Shown: positions 14,227 through 24,705 of the stretch, one piece after another
Layout: every line of letters starts with the position of its first letter
Position numbering within the stretch: position 1 is the first letter of the stretch
Position numbers and translations under genes: made by a program
The notes under the pieces: generated by a model
What the model was told of the DNA's origin: nothing
What the model saw: the letters and a program-made list of their open reading frames with translations, nothing else
The model's database searches: none
Sequence record: MW812342.1
Direction: 5' to 3' (one strand)
Length of the DNA stretch: 64,000 nt

Positions 14227-14630
14227 TGTTTGACGTGAAGAGTCTGGAGGAGGGGAGTATCGTAAACATCGTTTATGATACCCCGATGCTTCAACCGGAA
14301 ACGCGTGTGACGGTGTTGGGAACGTGCGGCTATGAAATGGCCCGCAGTATTGAAGACGTGACGGTGAAGCAGAAGAACATCTTCTCAACCATCGTCTCTC
14401 AACCGGAGAACAATGTGGCGAAGTATCGCTACCTGATGTTCAAAGGGGCGGACGGTAAAGCCCATGTGGCTGCCGATGCGTGGATTCGTAGTGTATCGGT
14501 TATCAAGAACCTGCAAGTGCGGTTCATGACGATTGTGGACAACCGTGAGGAGATTGATTTAATCACCAAAGCGTTGGCCGACCGGGGCATTAACGACGTC
14601 ACGTTTGAAATCGTTGACAACACCAACTGA
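14223..14630 (+). CDS. conserved jumbo-phage protein (phiKZ gp49-like position, beta-rich N-terminus)
   Basis: 135 aa directly upstream of the DNA polymerase; GAGGA SD; equivalence from synteny. Confidence 0.65.
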   Translation: MMFDVKSLEEGSIVNIVYDTPMLQPETRVTVLGTCGYEMARSIEDVTVKQKNIFSTIVSQPENNVAKYRYLMFKGADGKAHVAADAWIRSVSVIKNLQVRFMTIVDNREEIDLITKALADRGINDVTFEIVDNTN

Positions 14631-14635
14631 ATACT

Positions 14636-14668
14636 CTCCTCGCTTCGGCGGGGAGGTTATTTTTTTTT
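14636..14668 (+). terminator. intrinsic terminator
   Basis: CTCCTCGC-TTCG-GCGGGGAG followed by a T-tract. Confidence 0.75.
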
Positions 14669-14732
14669 GATCTTTTTTCACGTCAGTGGGTAATGTTATA
14701 GATGAAGATCCCGCGACCCACAGGAGTACAGC

Positions 14733-17045
14733 GTGGAATATAACGAACCCTTTCGACTGTCAAAAGACGAGTACAATCGTGACATTGATGTCATTGATGC
14801 GTACTTCGAACAAATGACGCTGTACATCTGGCACCAAACAGATCACAAGTACAGCAAAGAATTTATCCGTGCGCAACTCGACGAGATGTTTGCGGAAGAT
14901 GGCGAACTGGCTCACACTTACCCGACTTGTAAGCTGTGGGTGCGCGACCAGCAAACGGGTGACCGTAAAGAGAAGTTCACCACCGTGGACAAGCTGCTGC
15001 GCGTGGTCATTGACAAGCAGATTATTTCTGCACCGTCTTTGACCTTCTATTTACCGGAGCATGTCAAACGTTCGAAGCTCGCGGAATTCACCGCAGAGAA
15101 CGTGCGTAAACGTGCGGTCATCAAAAACGAGATGTACGAAGCGGCGGCTGCCGGTAACGACATCTTAAAGACGAACAAGAAGAACGAACAGAACGCCGTT
15201 AAGACACTGAACAACGGTATGTCTGGCGCGTTCTCTTCTCCGTATACGGTCATCTTTAACCAGTCGTCACACTCCGTACTGACCTCCACCTGCCGAACAG
15301 CGACGTCGTTTGGTAACGCAGGTAACGAGCGTCTGTTGGGCGGTAACCGACATTACGATACGCCCGCGCGCGTCATCGAACACTTCCTCAGCATCGGTAC
15401 CCTTACCGACTTTGCAGAATTCAAACGCTGTGTTGAGAAGTACAACCTGCACATCCCAACCGTCCAAGAAACCATGGACGTTATCAACTACTCTGCTAAC
15501 CTGTACTGGCGTTCAGCTGTCGGGTCAGAGAAAGTTGAACACTATGTGTCTCGCGTCAGTGACCTCGAACGTGCGGCCTTCGTCTACATGGGTGACTTCT
15601 TCCATCTGGCGAAGTACAACGACAAGTTCATGCGCGGTTTCATTGGTGCACTGATCTCTGAAGAAGAGTTTGGCGATTGTGCCCACTGGACCGACGCTGA
15701 TTGGTCAGCTGCTGAGAAGACCATCGACGGCGACATGAAGATTGTGATTGCCCAGTTCCGCACCGATGTGGTACCGCTGGGTAAATCGTTCGGGGATGTG
15801 AAGCTCAAAGACGAGGAAACAGAGAAAGCGCTACCGTGGAGCGAGCAGGCGAAGTACAAAGAACTGATTAGCACTGCCATGTACTTGCAGCGCACTATCG
15901 GCGAATACGCTTGCCTGATTCGTAACGTGCTGACCACCAAAAACCTGCCCATCAATATTGCCCGTATGCCGGACATGATTCGGCGTGTGGGTGTGGTATC
16001 CGATACGGACTCCACAATGATGACAGCACAATGGTGGGCGCAGTGGTACACCGGCCAGCATTACGGTCGTGAAGCCACTCGTGTGTCGGATGCGATGATT
16101 TACATTGCGACCCAGCATCTGCGCCACCTCATGGCCAGTATGTCAGCGAACATCGGTGTGGCGAAAGAACGTTTGTTCCTGTACGCCATGAAGAACGAGT
16201 ATAAGTTTGACTCGTTTGCACTGACCACGAAAGCGAAACACTACTTCTCCATTATCACCGGACAGGAAGGTCAGCTCAAGAAAGACCCAGAGTTGGAAGT
16301 AAAAGGTGTATCTCTGCGTACATCGAATATTCCGCCGGTTATCATGAAGGAGTTTAAAAAGACGATTCGTGAGCTGTGTATGATTGTGGCGCGTGGCGAT
16401 CGTATCGAGATTGTTCCTCTGCTGGAGAAAGTGGCGGCTATCGAGCACAACGTTGTGGACTCACTGCGTGCGGGTAATGCTGGGTATCTGAAAACGACCA
16501 ACATCAAATCCCGTGATGCCTATCAGGGTGATGAGAAGTCCTATCACTACCATCGCATGTATAACGCCATCTTTGGGCCGAAGTATGGGTATCTGGAAGA
16601 ACCACCGTATGATGCGGTGAAACTGCCAGTAAACCTCGGGTCTAAAACAGCCATGAAAGATTGGATTGAGTCTATCGAAGACCCGGTTATCCGCAATGGT
16701 GCCAAGCAGTGGTTTGAAGATACGAACGGTCGTACTTACGCTACCCTGATTCTGCCGGAGTATCTGGTGGAAAACCACGGTATCCCGCCGGAGCTGATTG
16801 CCGCGGCAGACTTACGCCGTACTGCATTCGCCACGGTAGAGCCGTATTACCATGTTCTTGAGTGCTTGGGTGTCTTCATGATTGATAAGAAGCGCACACG
16901 TCTGCTGTCAGACTACTACGGCGAATCGTTGGATGCCGAAGAAGTGTTGCCAGAACTGAAAGATGTGAAGTATATCAAGAAATCTGAACGTGATGCGGAA
17001 GAGGGCGAGGAAGATGAAGATGGGGAAGAAGATGCAGCTGAATAA
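14733..17045 (+). CDS. family-B DNA polymerase, palm/fingers/thumb subunit (phiKZ gp50-like)
   Basis: QNAVKTLNNGMSG (motif B) and VSDTDS (motif C); lacks exonuclease and motif A; GTG start with AGGAG. Confidence 0.88.
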   Translation: MEYNEPFRLSKDEYNRDIDVIDAYFEQMTLYIWHQTDHKYSKEFIRAQLDEMFAEDGELAHTYPTCKLWVRDQQTGDRKEKFTTVDKLLRVVIDKQIISAPSLTFYLPEHVKRSKLAEFTAENVRKRAVIKNEMYEAAAAGNDILKTNKKNEQNAVKTLNNGMSGAFSSPYTVIFNQSSHSVLTSTCRTATSFGNAGNERLLGGNRHYDTPARVIEHFLSIGTLTDFAEFKRCVEKYNLHIPTVQETMDVINYSANLYWRSAVGSEKVEHYVSRVSDLERAAFVYMGDFFHLAKYNDKFMRGFIGALISEEEFGDCAHWTDADWSAAEKTIDGDMKIVIAQFRTDVVPLGKSFGDVKLKDEETEKALPWSEQAKYKELISTAMYLQRTIGEYACLIRNVLTTKNLPINIARMPDMIRRVGVVSDTDSTMMTAQWWAQWYTGQHYGREATRVSDAMIYIATQHLRHLMASMSANIGVAKERLFLYAMKNEYKFDSFALTTKAKHYFSIITGQEGQLKKDPELEVKGVSLRTSNIPPVIMKEFKKTIRELCMIVARGDRIEIVPLLEKVAAIEHNVVDSLRAGNAGYLKTTNIKSRDAYQGDEKSYHYHRMYNAIFGPKYGYLEEPPYDAVKLPVNLGSKTAMKDWIESIEDPVIRNGAKQWFEDTNGRTYATLILPEYLVENHGIPPELIAAADLRRTAFATVEPYYHVLECLGVFMIDKKRTRLLSDYYGESLDAEEVLPELKDVKYIKKSERDAEEGEEDEDGEEDAAE

Positions 17046-17349
17046 AATCACCGCGCGCTTTATTTCTAACCAACCGTACAAAACCATTAACAACATTATC
17101 ATACCGCCTAACCAAACGATAGGCCCCACGCCAGAGGGGTCAACTGCATGTTACCCCGCACAGAAGGAACCCCCTCTCGTTATTTGGGAGGGCAAGGCTT
17201 CTGACATTGACCCGCAACATGAGCAGGTGGATTTTATTTTGCGGACGTGGCTTGGGGTGTGTTTGCAAGAGAAAAGCATCGAACAGGTGCAGGCTGAGGA
17301 AGACGCTTATCGTGCACGATACCCTAAGCGGTTTCCTCCCAGACATTAA
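17032..17349 (+). CDS. hypothetical protein
   Basis: Probable start MQLNK at 17032 overlapping the polymerase stop. Confidence 0.55.
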   Translation: MQLNKITARFISNQPYKTINNIIIPPNQTIGPTPEGSTACYPAQKEPPLVIWEGKASDIDPQHEQVDFILRTWLGVCLQEKSIEQVQAEEDAYRARYPKRFPPRH

Positions 17350-17354
17350 GGTGG

Positions 17355-17537
17355 TTGGTCGTGTACCATGACATCAAATCGTCAAACGAGCGTATCGCGG
17401 AGATACGCAAGGAGTACACCGAGAAGGGGTACGAAAACATTACGGTCTGGCGAGCAGGAGAACGGATTCACATTCAGGCATACGACCCGAAGCGGAAACG
17501 TGACATTAACTGCTACGCCATTCCTAACCCATTGTAG
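17355..17537 (+). CDS. small hypothetical protein
   Basis: 60 aa in operon. Confidence 0.55.
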   Translation: MVVYHDIKSSNERIAEIRKEYTEKGYENITVWRAGERIHIQAYDPKRKRDINCYAIPNPL

Positions 17538-17545
17538 GGATTCCC

Positions 17546-18130
17546 ATGGAACACAATTTGTTGGACGTAGTAAAGAAGTTTGCCAGAGACGGACAGTTAA
17601 ACCGGGTGCGAAAGCGTATTGTGTCGAGTATCTCTAAATTGGTAAACGAGGCGAACAAACAGTCCGGGTATAATGAAGCCCTGCATCGTGAACTCGATGA
17701 AGACAAGCTGATCCCACACTTTCGCATGCCGCAGGCGAATAAGATTTATCAGCCTGGTGGTAAAGGTTCCACGTTGGTTGTGGAGATGAACCCGAACTGC
17801 ACGTTGGCCAAACGTCTGCTGAAAGAAGCCCAGTATCGCTACTTCGCTGTCTGGGATTTCGAAGAGATCGAACTGGATTACGGTTTAGCCGGTCATTGCC
17901 GTGTTACTGCACTGGCGGGGTTTCTGAATCGCTTTCCGGGTTTGAAGGGTAAAGTGTCTGTGGGCGAAGACAGCCGTGGGCCAACATTGAACGCACCGAA
18001 CGATGTGGTTGAGCTGGACTTCGTGGTGATTGCACCCGATGGGAAGTATCATCTCCAGCGCTTTACCAATGACAATGTAGGACATGTGTGCGCGCAATTG
18101 CACATCAGCTACTACCAGTCAAAAAAATAA
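17546..18130 (+). CDS. hypothetical protein
   Basis: 194 aa in operon. Confidence 0.7.
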   Translation: MEHNLLDVVKKFARDGQLNRVRKRIVSSISKLVNEANKQSGYNEALHRELDEDKLIPHFRMPQANKIYQPGGKGSTLVVEMNPNCTLAKRLLKEAQYRYFAVWDFEEIELDYGLAGHCRVTALAGFLNRFPGLKGKVSVGEDSRGPTLNAPNDVVELDFVVIAPDGKYHLQRFTNDNVGHVCAQLHISYYQSKK

Positions 18131-18164
18131 AATGAGGTAATTGCACCCTTTCGAGTGCAATTAC
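18121..18164. terminator. hairpin between convergent genes
   Basis: GTAATTGCAC/GTGCAATTAC 10-bp stem with upstream A-run. Confidence 0.6.
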
Positions 18165-18220
18165 AAGTTATTCCCTATTATATGTAAACCTGAACGGTTT
18201 ACGGGGGAGGGAGTAAATTC

Positions 18221-19285
18221 TCATTTTTCAGCATGGTCTAACAAGGGCTGAATCAGGGTTTGCCGGAAGTGGTTATAGACCGCCTTTGGCAGCTTGTTCA
18301 AAACCTTGGTATCTGAATAGCGGCCGATCTCGTACGCGACGTCTTTCAGGTACGCATCCATGTGACCTTTGTTGTACTGGAGACAGTGCAACATCCAATG
18401 CCAGTTGACCAACGTCAGATGCCACGAGCCCTGGAATGTTAATCCGGGGTCACGGTGAACGATGCGGTCAATCGCACTCCGGTCTCCATCTAATGGAAAC
18501 TGGAATGGTTGGATGACGTGCGCCAATACAACCCCCGGTATTGGATTCCCCGTCAATAGCGACTGACGTGTCTGGGTGGCGTTGCGGATAGCAATATCGC
18601 GCAGCGGCGGTACCGGAATCGTTCGCAAAGGTTGATCCGTCTCTATATCTTGACCCGTCGCGACAAAACGATGGATGTTGAGTAAAGAGATATCCATATA
18701 GCTCGGCAGCATACGGCTGATAACGTGTCGCCAGATATACGTCGGGCTGGTCACTACTTCGTTGGAACGGTTGTAATAGGCAAACGCTTTAACGTGTTGC
18801 CACAGCAGCTCTACGAGATTGATCTCGATAATACTCACCCCACGCGGCTTGCCATTCCCGAGTTGCCAGTTTAAATTGGTATACTCGTGATACAGGTAAC
18901 GGGCCGGTGCGTATTCGCGAAAGGATAACTCAGGATCGATTGGGCGGGCCACGAGAGAGATGATCTCATCTTGGCCTTCGATGAACATACCGTTGAAGAC
19001 TTTACCGTATTCACCCATCGAGGTTAAGCGCTCGGCGTTGCCGATGCCAATCAACCGTCGTCGACATGCCCACTCTACGGTTTCGTAGTCGGGGTCTGTT
19101 GAGTAACCGATGGCTGAAATTAACTTTGCGATGAGGTGGCCGGATTCTACACGGGTCTGTACCGAGTCAAAGTAGTTGCGAATACGTTGGTGGTTATTTT
19201 TTACAAGAGCTGCCAATTGTATAGCGGTAGGGTCGACGTTATGCCCTTTGATTTCCACTTGCTTTAATTCGGCTTGACTGAACAT
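18221..19285 (-). CDS. conserved jumbo-phage protein divergent from chimallin
   Basis: MFSQAELK start with AGGAGAG SD; 354 aa. Confidence 0.75.
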   Translation of the reverse strand: MFSQAELKQVEIKGHNVDPTAIQLAALVKNNHQRIRNYFDSVQTRVESGHLIAKLISAIGYSTDPDYETVEWACRRRLIGIGNAERLTSMGEYGKVFNGMFIEGQDEIISLVARPIDPELSFREYAPARYLYHEYTNLNWQLGNGKPRGVSIIEINLVELLWQHVKAFAYYNRSNEVVTSPTYIWRHVISRMLPSYMDISLLNIHRFVATGQDIETDQPLRTIPVPPLRDIAIRNATQTRQSLLTGNPIPGVVLAHVIQPFQFPLDGDRSAIDRIVHRDPGLTFQGSWHLTLVNWHWMLHCLQYNKGHMDAYLKDVAYEIGRYSDTKVLNKLPKAVYNHFRQTLIQPLLDHAEK

Positions 19286-19343
19286 GATTCTCTCCTGTGT
19301 TACCACATAGGAACTAGGTCGTAGTCAAAGAAATTACAGATGT

Positions 19344-19358
19344 ATATTATCATTGTGA
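19344..19358 (+). promoter_or_regulatory. putative early promoter (distal) of chmA
   Basis: ATATTATCATTGTGA. Confidence 0.7.
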
Positions 19359-19434
19359 CGGTTCCGGTTATTCTTTCTGTTATGTGTTATTCATTAGGCG
19401 ACGGCTTAACTGTATCCCACAAATTTACAGATTG

Positions 19435-19449
19435 ATATTATCACTGTGA
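19435..19449 (+). promoter_or_regulatory. putative early promoter (proximal) of chmA
   Basis: ATATTATCACTGTGA, 91 bp from the distal copy. Confidence 0.7.
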
Positions 19450-19488
19450 ACTTACTCGTACTAATTATCTTTCAAGGATTATATAACC

Positions 19489-21300
19489 ATGGTTAAATAT
19501 GTTGGCGAAAACGACACTCACGTTCAGGCTCAAGCTCAGGCTGCGGAAGCACCGAACGTATCTCAGAATGTCACCAAAGCTGCTCCGGCTGCTGAGTATA
19601 ACAGCGGCAACCACGTCGATTCTTTCGACCAAGCTTTTGACTGGTCTTCTTCTTCTTCAAGCGCGAACGACTTCGTCCGCCTGCTGAAAGAAGCTGCTGA
19701 GAAAAACGAATACCTGAGCCGTTTCCGTTACGGTCTGGTAAAAGGCATCTCTGCCGAAATGGGTTCTGCCGCATACGTTGCTGGCGAACTGAACGGCGCA
19801 TGGCTGTACGGTCTGGTCTTCTTCGAGAAGGGCCAGTCTATCCGTATCTACGAAACCACCAACCGTCAGGAAGATTACTTCACCCTGTCTAGCCTCATCA
19901 ATAAAGATGTGCTGGCGAAGGTGTCTGAGTCTATCCGTGAAGACCACGGTATCGATAACGTCCACTACATGATCACCAACTGTGTGCCGGACTTCTCTGG
20001 CAACGTGGTTGACATCAACTGGGCGAAGTCTCTGATGGGCCAGCTGCTGCTGGGTGTGTTCGGTCGTGCGGTAGGTTACCTGGGCACCATCGTGCTGAAG
20101 AAAACCGATCGCTTCGTTGCGAACGTCGCTACGCCGGAAACTGGTGTGGCAACTGACGTCAACGGTCACCCGAACCGTGCTGACATCGCTGTGTACGTTG
20201 AGCATACGCCGACCAATCAGGAAAGCGATACGCCGACCCTGCTGAGCGACAGCATCCCAACTGCATACCCGCCGGTTCGTAGCTGCGGTTATCCGAACCT
20301 GCGCTTCACCGGCCTGAAAAAGCCTGTTGATGGCGTGCAGGATCTGAAACAGCTGCAAGGTGAAGTTGTCGTGTCACTGATTGACTCTCAGGCGAAAGGC
20401 TCTAAGGCCCCGCTGGAGCGTCAGTTCATCGCATTCGGCGCGTTCGCGGATATCGCACAGAACGGCGGCTGGCGTGACCTGTACATCAACACCCTGAACA
20501 AACAGGATCGTAAGTTCTCCGCACTGGCTTCTCATCTGAGCTGGGGTGCAGAGCAGGCTCCTGACCTGGGTAAACTGGATAGCTCTCGTGAGCTGGTTGA
20601 CCGCGCTCTGCGTGTGTTCGCACCAAGCTCTGCTGCACTGGTTGTCCGCCATCGTGCGGGTAACGGCGTGGGTGGCCTGTCCAACATGTTCGCTGAGATT
20701 GCTCTGCGTAACACCAACACCCTGGGTCAGCTGCTGAACGTCCTGAACAGCATGTTCGGCGACATCGATGGTGTCAACTTCACTACTTACCTCGGTAAGC
20801 AGCTGGAAGTGAGCACCATCACCTGTGCACATATCGTCGCAGCCGCAGTGCCGACTCTGGATGGCGTGTACACGTCTACCGCAGCGCACCGCTCTCTGCA
20901 AGATATGGACCTGACCTCTGTTGCTACCCACCTGGGTGACAAACAGCAGGAAATGTACCGTTACATGCACGCCCAGTCTTACGCTAACCGTGAGCTGGAA
21001 GGTCATGCTCAGCGCATCTACTTGGCTAAGCTGGCTTCTGCAATGTACGGTAACCGTTCACTGCGCTTCACTGGCGAATCTCTGGATATGGCAATCCATC
21101 CGGTGTTCGCACGTTGCGTACTGGATATGCTGCGTAAGAAAGCAAGCTTCCAGGTGAACGGCGTCAACGCCAACAACGAGCTGGACAACTCCCTGTTCTA
21201 CAACCAGGGTGGTGAAACGTTCGTGCTGTCAGGTAACGGCCAGACTGGTGGTATCGACACATTCGGTCTGGGTGTAACCCTTACCGACTACAAACTGTAA
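19489..21300 (+). CDS. chmA: probable chimallin, major phage-nucleus shell protein
   Basis: 603 aa, immediately upstream of the nvRNAP beta' N subunit (phiKZ gp54-gp55 synteny), strong high-expression codon bias, double early promoter, low-complexity termini. Confidence 0.75.
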   Translation: MVKYVGENDTHVQAQAQAAEAPNVSQNVTKAAPAAEYNSGNHVDSFDQAFDWSSSSSSANDFVRLLKEAAEKNEYLSRFRYGLVKGISAEMGSAAYVAGELNGAWLYGLVFFEKGQSIRIYETTNRQEDYFTLSSLINKDVLAKVSESIREDHGIDNVHYMITNCVPDFSGNVVDINWAKSLMGQLLLGVFGRAVGYLGTIVLKKTDRFVANVATPETGVATDVNGHPNRADIAVYVEHTPTNQESDTPTLLSDSIPTAYPPVRSCGYPNLRFTGLKKPVDGVQDLKQLQGEVVVSLIDSQAKGSKAPLERQFIAFGAFADIAQNGGWRDLYINTLNKQDRKFSALASHLSWGAEQAPDLGKLDSSRELVDRALRVFAPSSAALVVRHRAGNGVGGLSNMFAEIALRNTNTLGQLLNVLNSMFGDIDGVNFTTYLGKQLEVSTITCAHIVAAAVPTLDGVYTSTAAHRSLQDMDLTSVATHLGDKQQEMYRYMHAQSYANRELEGHAQRIYLAKLASAMYGNRSLRFTGESLDMAIHPVFARCVLDMLRKKASFQVNGVNANNELDNSLFYNQGGETFVLSGNGQTGGIDTFGLGVTLTDYKL

Positions 21301-21319
21301 TCCGTTTGTAGTGTAGTCG

Positions 21320-21360
21320 GGGTGGGAGCATTTGCTCCCACCCTACCACCATCTTTTTTT
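21320..21360 (+). terminator. terminator/hairpin after chmA
   Basis: GGGTGGGAGCA/TGCTCCCACCC stem followed by a T-tract. Confidence 0.65.
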
Positions 21361-21373
21361 GGTTGAGGTAAAA

Positions 21374-22966
21374 ATGCAGGCACCAAAGTTTTATGGAATC
21401 TCAGGACGATTAGAGGCACAGGATCATTATCTCCGTGACCTCCTTATCGAGGCGGGGGCGAAACAAATCAAACCTCCGACCATCATCAATGACTTGGCCA
21501 TTGGTGGTGACCCCATCAAAGTGGCTGAGCAGATTGACCTGCTGGTGCAAAACCGCATTATTGACGAACAGCTCAACTCTGCGCCAATTTGTAGCATCAC
21601 TTGCGATAACCCGATCGCCCACCGTTACAACCTCGGTAAGCAATGTCCGTGTTGTGGATACCGCGTCACCGAAAACCGTATTGAATCGGATGTGTGGTTG
21701 CGTGCCCCTGATGAGATTGAGTATTTCATCAACCCACGCTTCTGGGCGATGTTCAATGCGTTCTTTAACAACAACAAGAAACCGCGTAAGTTTGATCGGA
21801 CGAAAGTTGCCATTGGTAACGGATCTGATCTGATGATGTGGTTCCTTGACCCGTATTACCGCGCTGATGAGCCAGACTCAAAACGTGCGGCAGTTGTGAA
21901 GCGAATCATGGAAGAGCATGGTGTCCGCCGTGGGATTCATTATTTCACCGGCCACTACAAACAAATCTTTGATATTCTTACCCGGCCTGACAACTGGCGT
22001 GAGATTTATCCACCGCAACGCAACAATGCGAGTGAAAGCGAAATCCTGCGTGCCCAATGGGTAGAGCTGATCGAAACCCAAGGTAAGGCTATACTCACCA
22101 AACATCTGCCGATTATTTCATCGAAGATGATTGTGTCCGAGGAAGGTCGCCGTGGTGTGGTGATTGACCCTATCTTCACCGCCGCTATTGATTCGGTGAA
22201 AAACATTGCGCAGTTGTATACCCGCAAACGCAGTATGGAATCGCGCTTTGTTATCAGTAAAGCACTGAAAGCAAACCGTCAGCTGACTTACTTCCATATT
22301 GACTTCCGTCGTGAGACGCTGGAACAAAAGCCGGGTCACTATCGTGCGAAAGTGTCTTCAACGCATGTGTGTAACTCAGGCCGTGCAACAATCTCGCCAA
22401 TCGCCTCGCCGCATGATGCGTGGAAGTTGGTGGCACCGTGGCGTTGGTCAGTCGGGTTGCTCAGTGTAGACATCGAGTCGAAACTGTTGCAGCGTGGCTT
22501 CTCTTCGCGTCAGTGTGAACGTATTGTTGCAAAAGCTGCGATGCAATACGATCCGTTGGTCGATGAAATCTTCAAAGAACTGATTGCGGAGTCGCCGGGC
22601 GGCATGGGTATCCTTGTCCTACCGCTGCGTAACCCAACGTTGGTTCAGCTCTCTGTACAGGCGCTGTGGATTGACCAAATCATCACGGATGTTGACCAGT
22701 GCTCGATTCGTATCTCTGACCGCGTCATTAAGATGGCTAACGCCGACTTTGATGGTGACCAACTCATGGTGTACCGTCCGACCGATCAAATCGAAATCGA
22801 CCTGGCGATGGCGTTCCGTCCAGACAACGGGTTCATGTCATCTACCAAAGTCAATGAGGTAGAAAGAGGCATGATTTTACATAGCGAACTTATCAGTATG
22901 CAGAACAGCTTCCTCTTAGAGGCCGAAGAGGATGATGAAGTAGGTTTAGCACTCGAAGACTTATAA
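21374..22966 (+). CDS. non-virion RNA polymerase beta' N-terminal subunit (phiKZ gp55-56.1-like)
   Basis: Catalytic NADFDGD motif, Zn-ribbon CSITC...CPCC, LRNPTL; uninterrupted here; ATG 21374 with GAGGT. Confidence 0.92.
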   Translation: MQAPKFYGISGRLEAQDHYLRDLLIEAGAKQIKPPTIINDLAIGGDPIKVAEQIDLLVQNRIIDEQLNSAPICSITCDNPIAHRYNLGKQCPCCGYRVTENRIESDVWLRAPDEIEYFINPRFWAMFNAFFNNNKKPRKFDRTKVAIGNGSDLMMWFLDPYYRADEPDSKRAAVVKRIMEEHGVRRGIHYFTGHYKQIFDILTRPDNWREIYPPQRNNASESEILRAQWVELIETQGKAILTKHLPIISSKMIVSEEGRRGVVIDPIFTAAIDSVKNIAQLYTRKRSMESRFVISKALKANRQLTYFHIDFRRETLEQKPGHYRAKVSSTHVCNSGRATISPIASPHDAWKLVAPWRWSVGLLSVDIESKLLQRGFSSRQCERIVAKAAMQYDPLVDEIFKELIAESPGGMGILVLPLRNPTLVQLSVQALWIDQIITDVDQCSIRISDRVIKMANADFDGDQLMVYRPTDQIEIDLAMAFRPDNGFMSSTKVNEVERGMILHSELISMQNSFLLEAEEDDEVGLALEDL

Positions 22967-22981
22967 CAGGAGCAAACGAGT

Positions 22982-23569
22982 ATGTCGATGTGGAAGAATC
23001 TCTCTACCGCGTTTACGAAGCAGGAAACCGGTAGTGGCTTTCATGACTTCTTTGAAAGCAAATTTAACATCGACCTGATAGCCCCCGACATGCGTGAGAG
23101 TGTGTTGGAGCATCGTCGTGAGTTAGCGAACATGGAAATCTTCCGTAAGACCACTGCGGCCGTACGCAAACTGCGCCATTCCGATGGTACAGAATGCATC
23201 CGCCAGCTGGAAACTATTGGGGAGTTCCAACACGCCAACCCACTGCTGCAACCGTTCTTGGTCGCCATGCCTGAATACCGTAAACCGTATAACGAATTTA
23301 TGGCATCAGGTTTTGAGAAAGGTTTCTCCGAGCTGGATATCTTCCGTGGTAATGCGTATATGCACACGGACGATAACTATCGTGAGATGACCACTGACGT
23401 CTCAACCGAATACGATGAAGATCGTATCTGGCATTGGGTAACCAATGAAGACCGTCAGTACCGTCCGGACGCTGTCGCGAAGGTCGAGTTAAATATCAAC
23501 CGCGTGAGAATGCGAGACTTTGATTGGGAAGATGCAGATCCTTGCTCCCAATTCAACGCCTCGATGTAA
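22982..23569 (+). CDS. conserved hypothetical protein
   Basis: 195 aa, AGGAG SD. Confidence 0.75.
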   Translation: MSMWKNLSTAFTKQETGSGFHDFFESKFNIDLIAPDMRESVLEHRRELANMEIFRKTTAAVRKLRHSDGTECIRQLETIGEFQHANPLLQPFLVAMPEYRKPYNEFMASGFEKGFSELDIFRGNAYMHTDDNYREMTTDVSTEYDEDRIWHWVTNEDRQYRPDAVAKVELNINRVRMRDFDWEDADPCSQFNASM

Positions 23570-23576
23570 TAGAAGA

Positions 23577-23610
23577 AGAGAGGGAGATAAGCACCCTCTC
23601 TTTTTTTCTT
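23577..23610 (+). terminator. intrinsic terminator
   Basis: AGAGAGGG/CCCTCTCT followed by a T-tract. Confidence 0.65.
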
Positions 23611-23654
23611 CTGCCAGCGACCAAATCCTATGTTAGTAACTGGGGAGGTTAAAA

Positions 23655-24041
23655 ATGGTTGTTGCAGTCGGAACACTTTCTACGCGTGGTTGGGCAAAAA
23701 CAACCGGCGATATGATCACGGAACTGATGAACCACTATACCGAAGCCGGGTATAGCCAATCGGTGATTTACCGTGGGAATATCAAATCATTCTCTTTCCG
23801 CTGTGCGGCGTTCGCGCAAGACCCCGAAGAATTGGCATCCAAAGTCCAACAAGACTTGGTGGCCTTATACGGGGGTGTGTTTACAGCCGGAGTAGAGGTC
23901 GAGTGTACTTACGAGTACCTTAACGATTCAGACATACGCTACCGTCTGATCATCAGCCTGCGGGTTTTACCGGCAGTGGGTGGTGATTGGGTAGACGCCA
24001 TGCGTTATGTGAATGTAGATAAAGGAGCATACGGTGGTTGA
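23655..24041 (+). CDS. conserved hypothetical protein (possibly gp25-like small baseplate fold)
   Basis: 128 aa, GGAGG SD; fold suggestion is inference from size and alpha/beta pattern. Confidence 0.6.
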   Translation: MVVAVGTLSTRGWAKTTGDMITELMNHYTEAGYSQSVIYRGNIKSFSFRCAAFAQDPEELASKVQQDLVALYGGVFTAGVEVECTYEYLNDSDIRYRLIISLRVLPAVGGDWVDAMRYVNVDKGAYGG

Positions 24042-24705
24042 CGAACCGATTAAGTTTGAAAACAATGCCATGTACGACCTGAACAAAATGGGGCCACAGG
24101 AAGTCTTCGAGTTTAACCGCGCGATGGATATCGAAGCGGAGATTCGTGACAACCTCGACCCGTTTGCTCGTTTTACGGAGAGCATGTTCCGTCGTCAGGC
24201 GTTGCCTATCCTGAGTGGGCTGCTCGATGGGTCATTTGATGACAATGCGTACATCAACTGCATCGGGTCTGCAATGGTACCGCTACAGGTGGTGCAGGAC
24301 GAAGACCCAACCAAACTGATGTTCACCATTCCGCCGTTGTTCTTCACCGGACAGTCGTTGCTGCATGTGGAAGGACAGCAGTCATTGACCGACGAAGCGC
24401 TGGAGATTTCGTCCCGTGCGGAAATCCTGCCGATTCTGGGGCCACGCGCGAAACACGATCTCATTGTCAATACGCTCGACGGTATTGAGATGGCGTCGTA
24501 CGAAACCAATCGTCGTCGCGCTAAGCAAACGATTGATCTGTTGAACTGGGTGTTCAAGCGCTATAAGCTGAACGGTCAAATTGCGTACCCTGCGGGTATG
24601 GAAGATCTGATCCAAGTCGATGGTAAAAATGCTGCACCTGCGGCGGTAGTCCAACGCCAGCCGATTATCTCAGACGACGGTATTGAAGATGGTGAAGACC
24701 TCTAA
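24034..24705 (+). CDS. conserved hypothetical protein
   Basis: 223 aa, AAGGAG SD. Confidence 0.7.
   Translation: MVDEPIKFENNAMYDLNKMGPQEVFEFNRAMDIEAEIRDNLDPFARFTESMFRRQALPILSGLLDGSFDDNAYINCIGSAMVPLQVVQDEDPTKLMFTIPPLFFTGQSLLHVEGQQSLTDEALEISSRAEILPILGPRAKHDLIVNTLDGIEMASYETNRRRAKQTIDLLNWVFKRYKLNGQIAYPAGMEDLIQVDGKNAAPAAVVQRQPIISDDGIEDGEDL

Noticed and set aside
19657-21006. Long antisense ORFs opposite chmA
   Set aside because: Shadow ORFs expected from the strong codon bias of a highly expressed gene; same for 26697-27365, 30871-31734, 40116-41204 and 57890-58648
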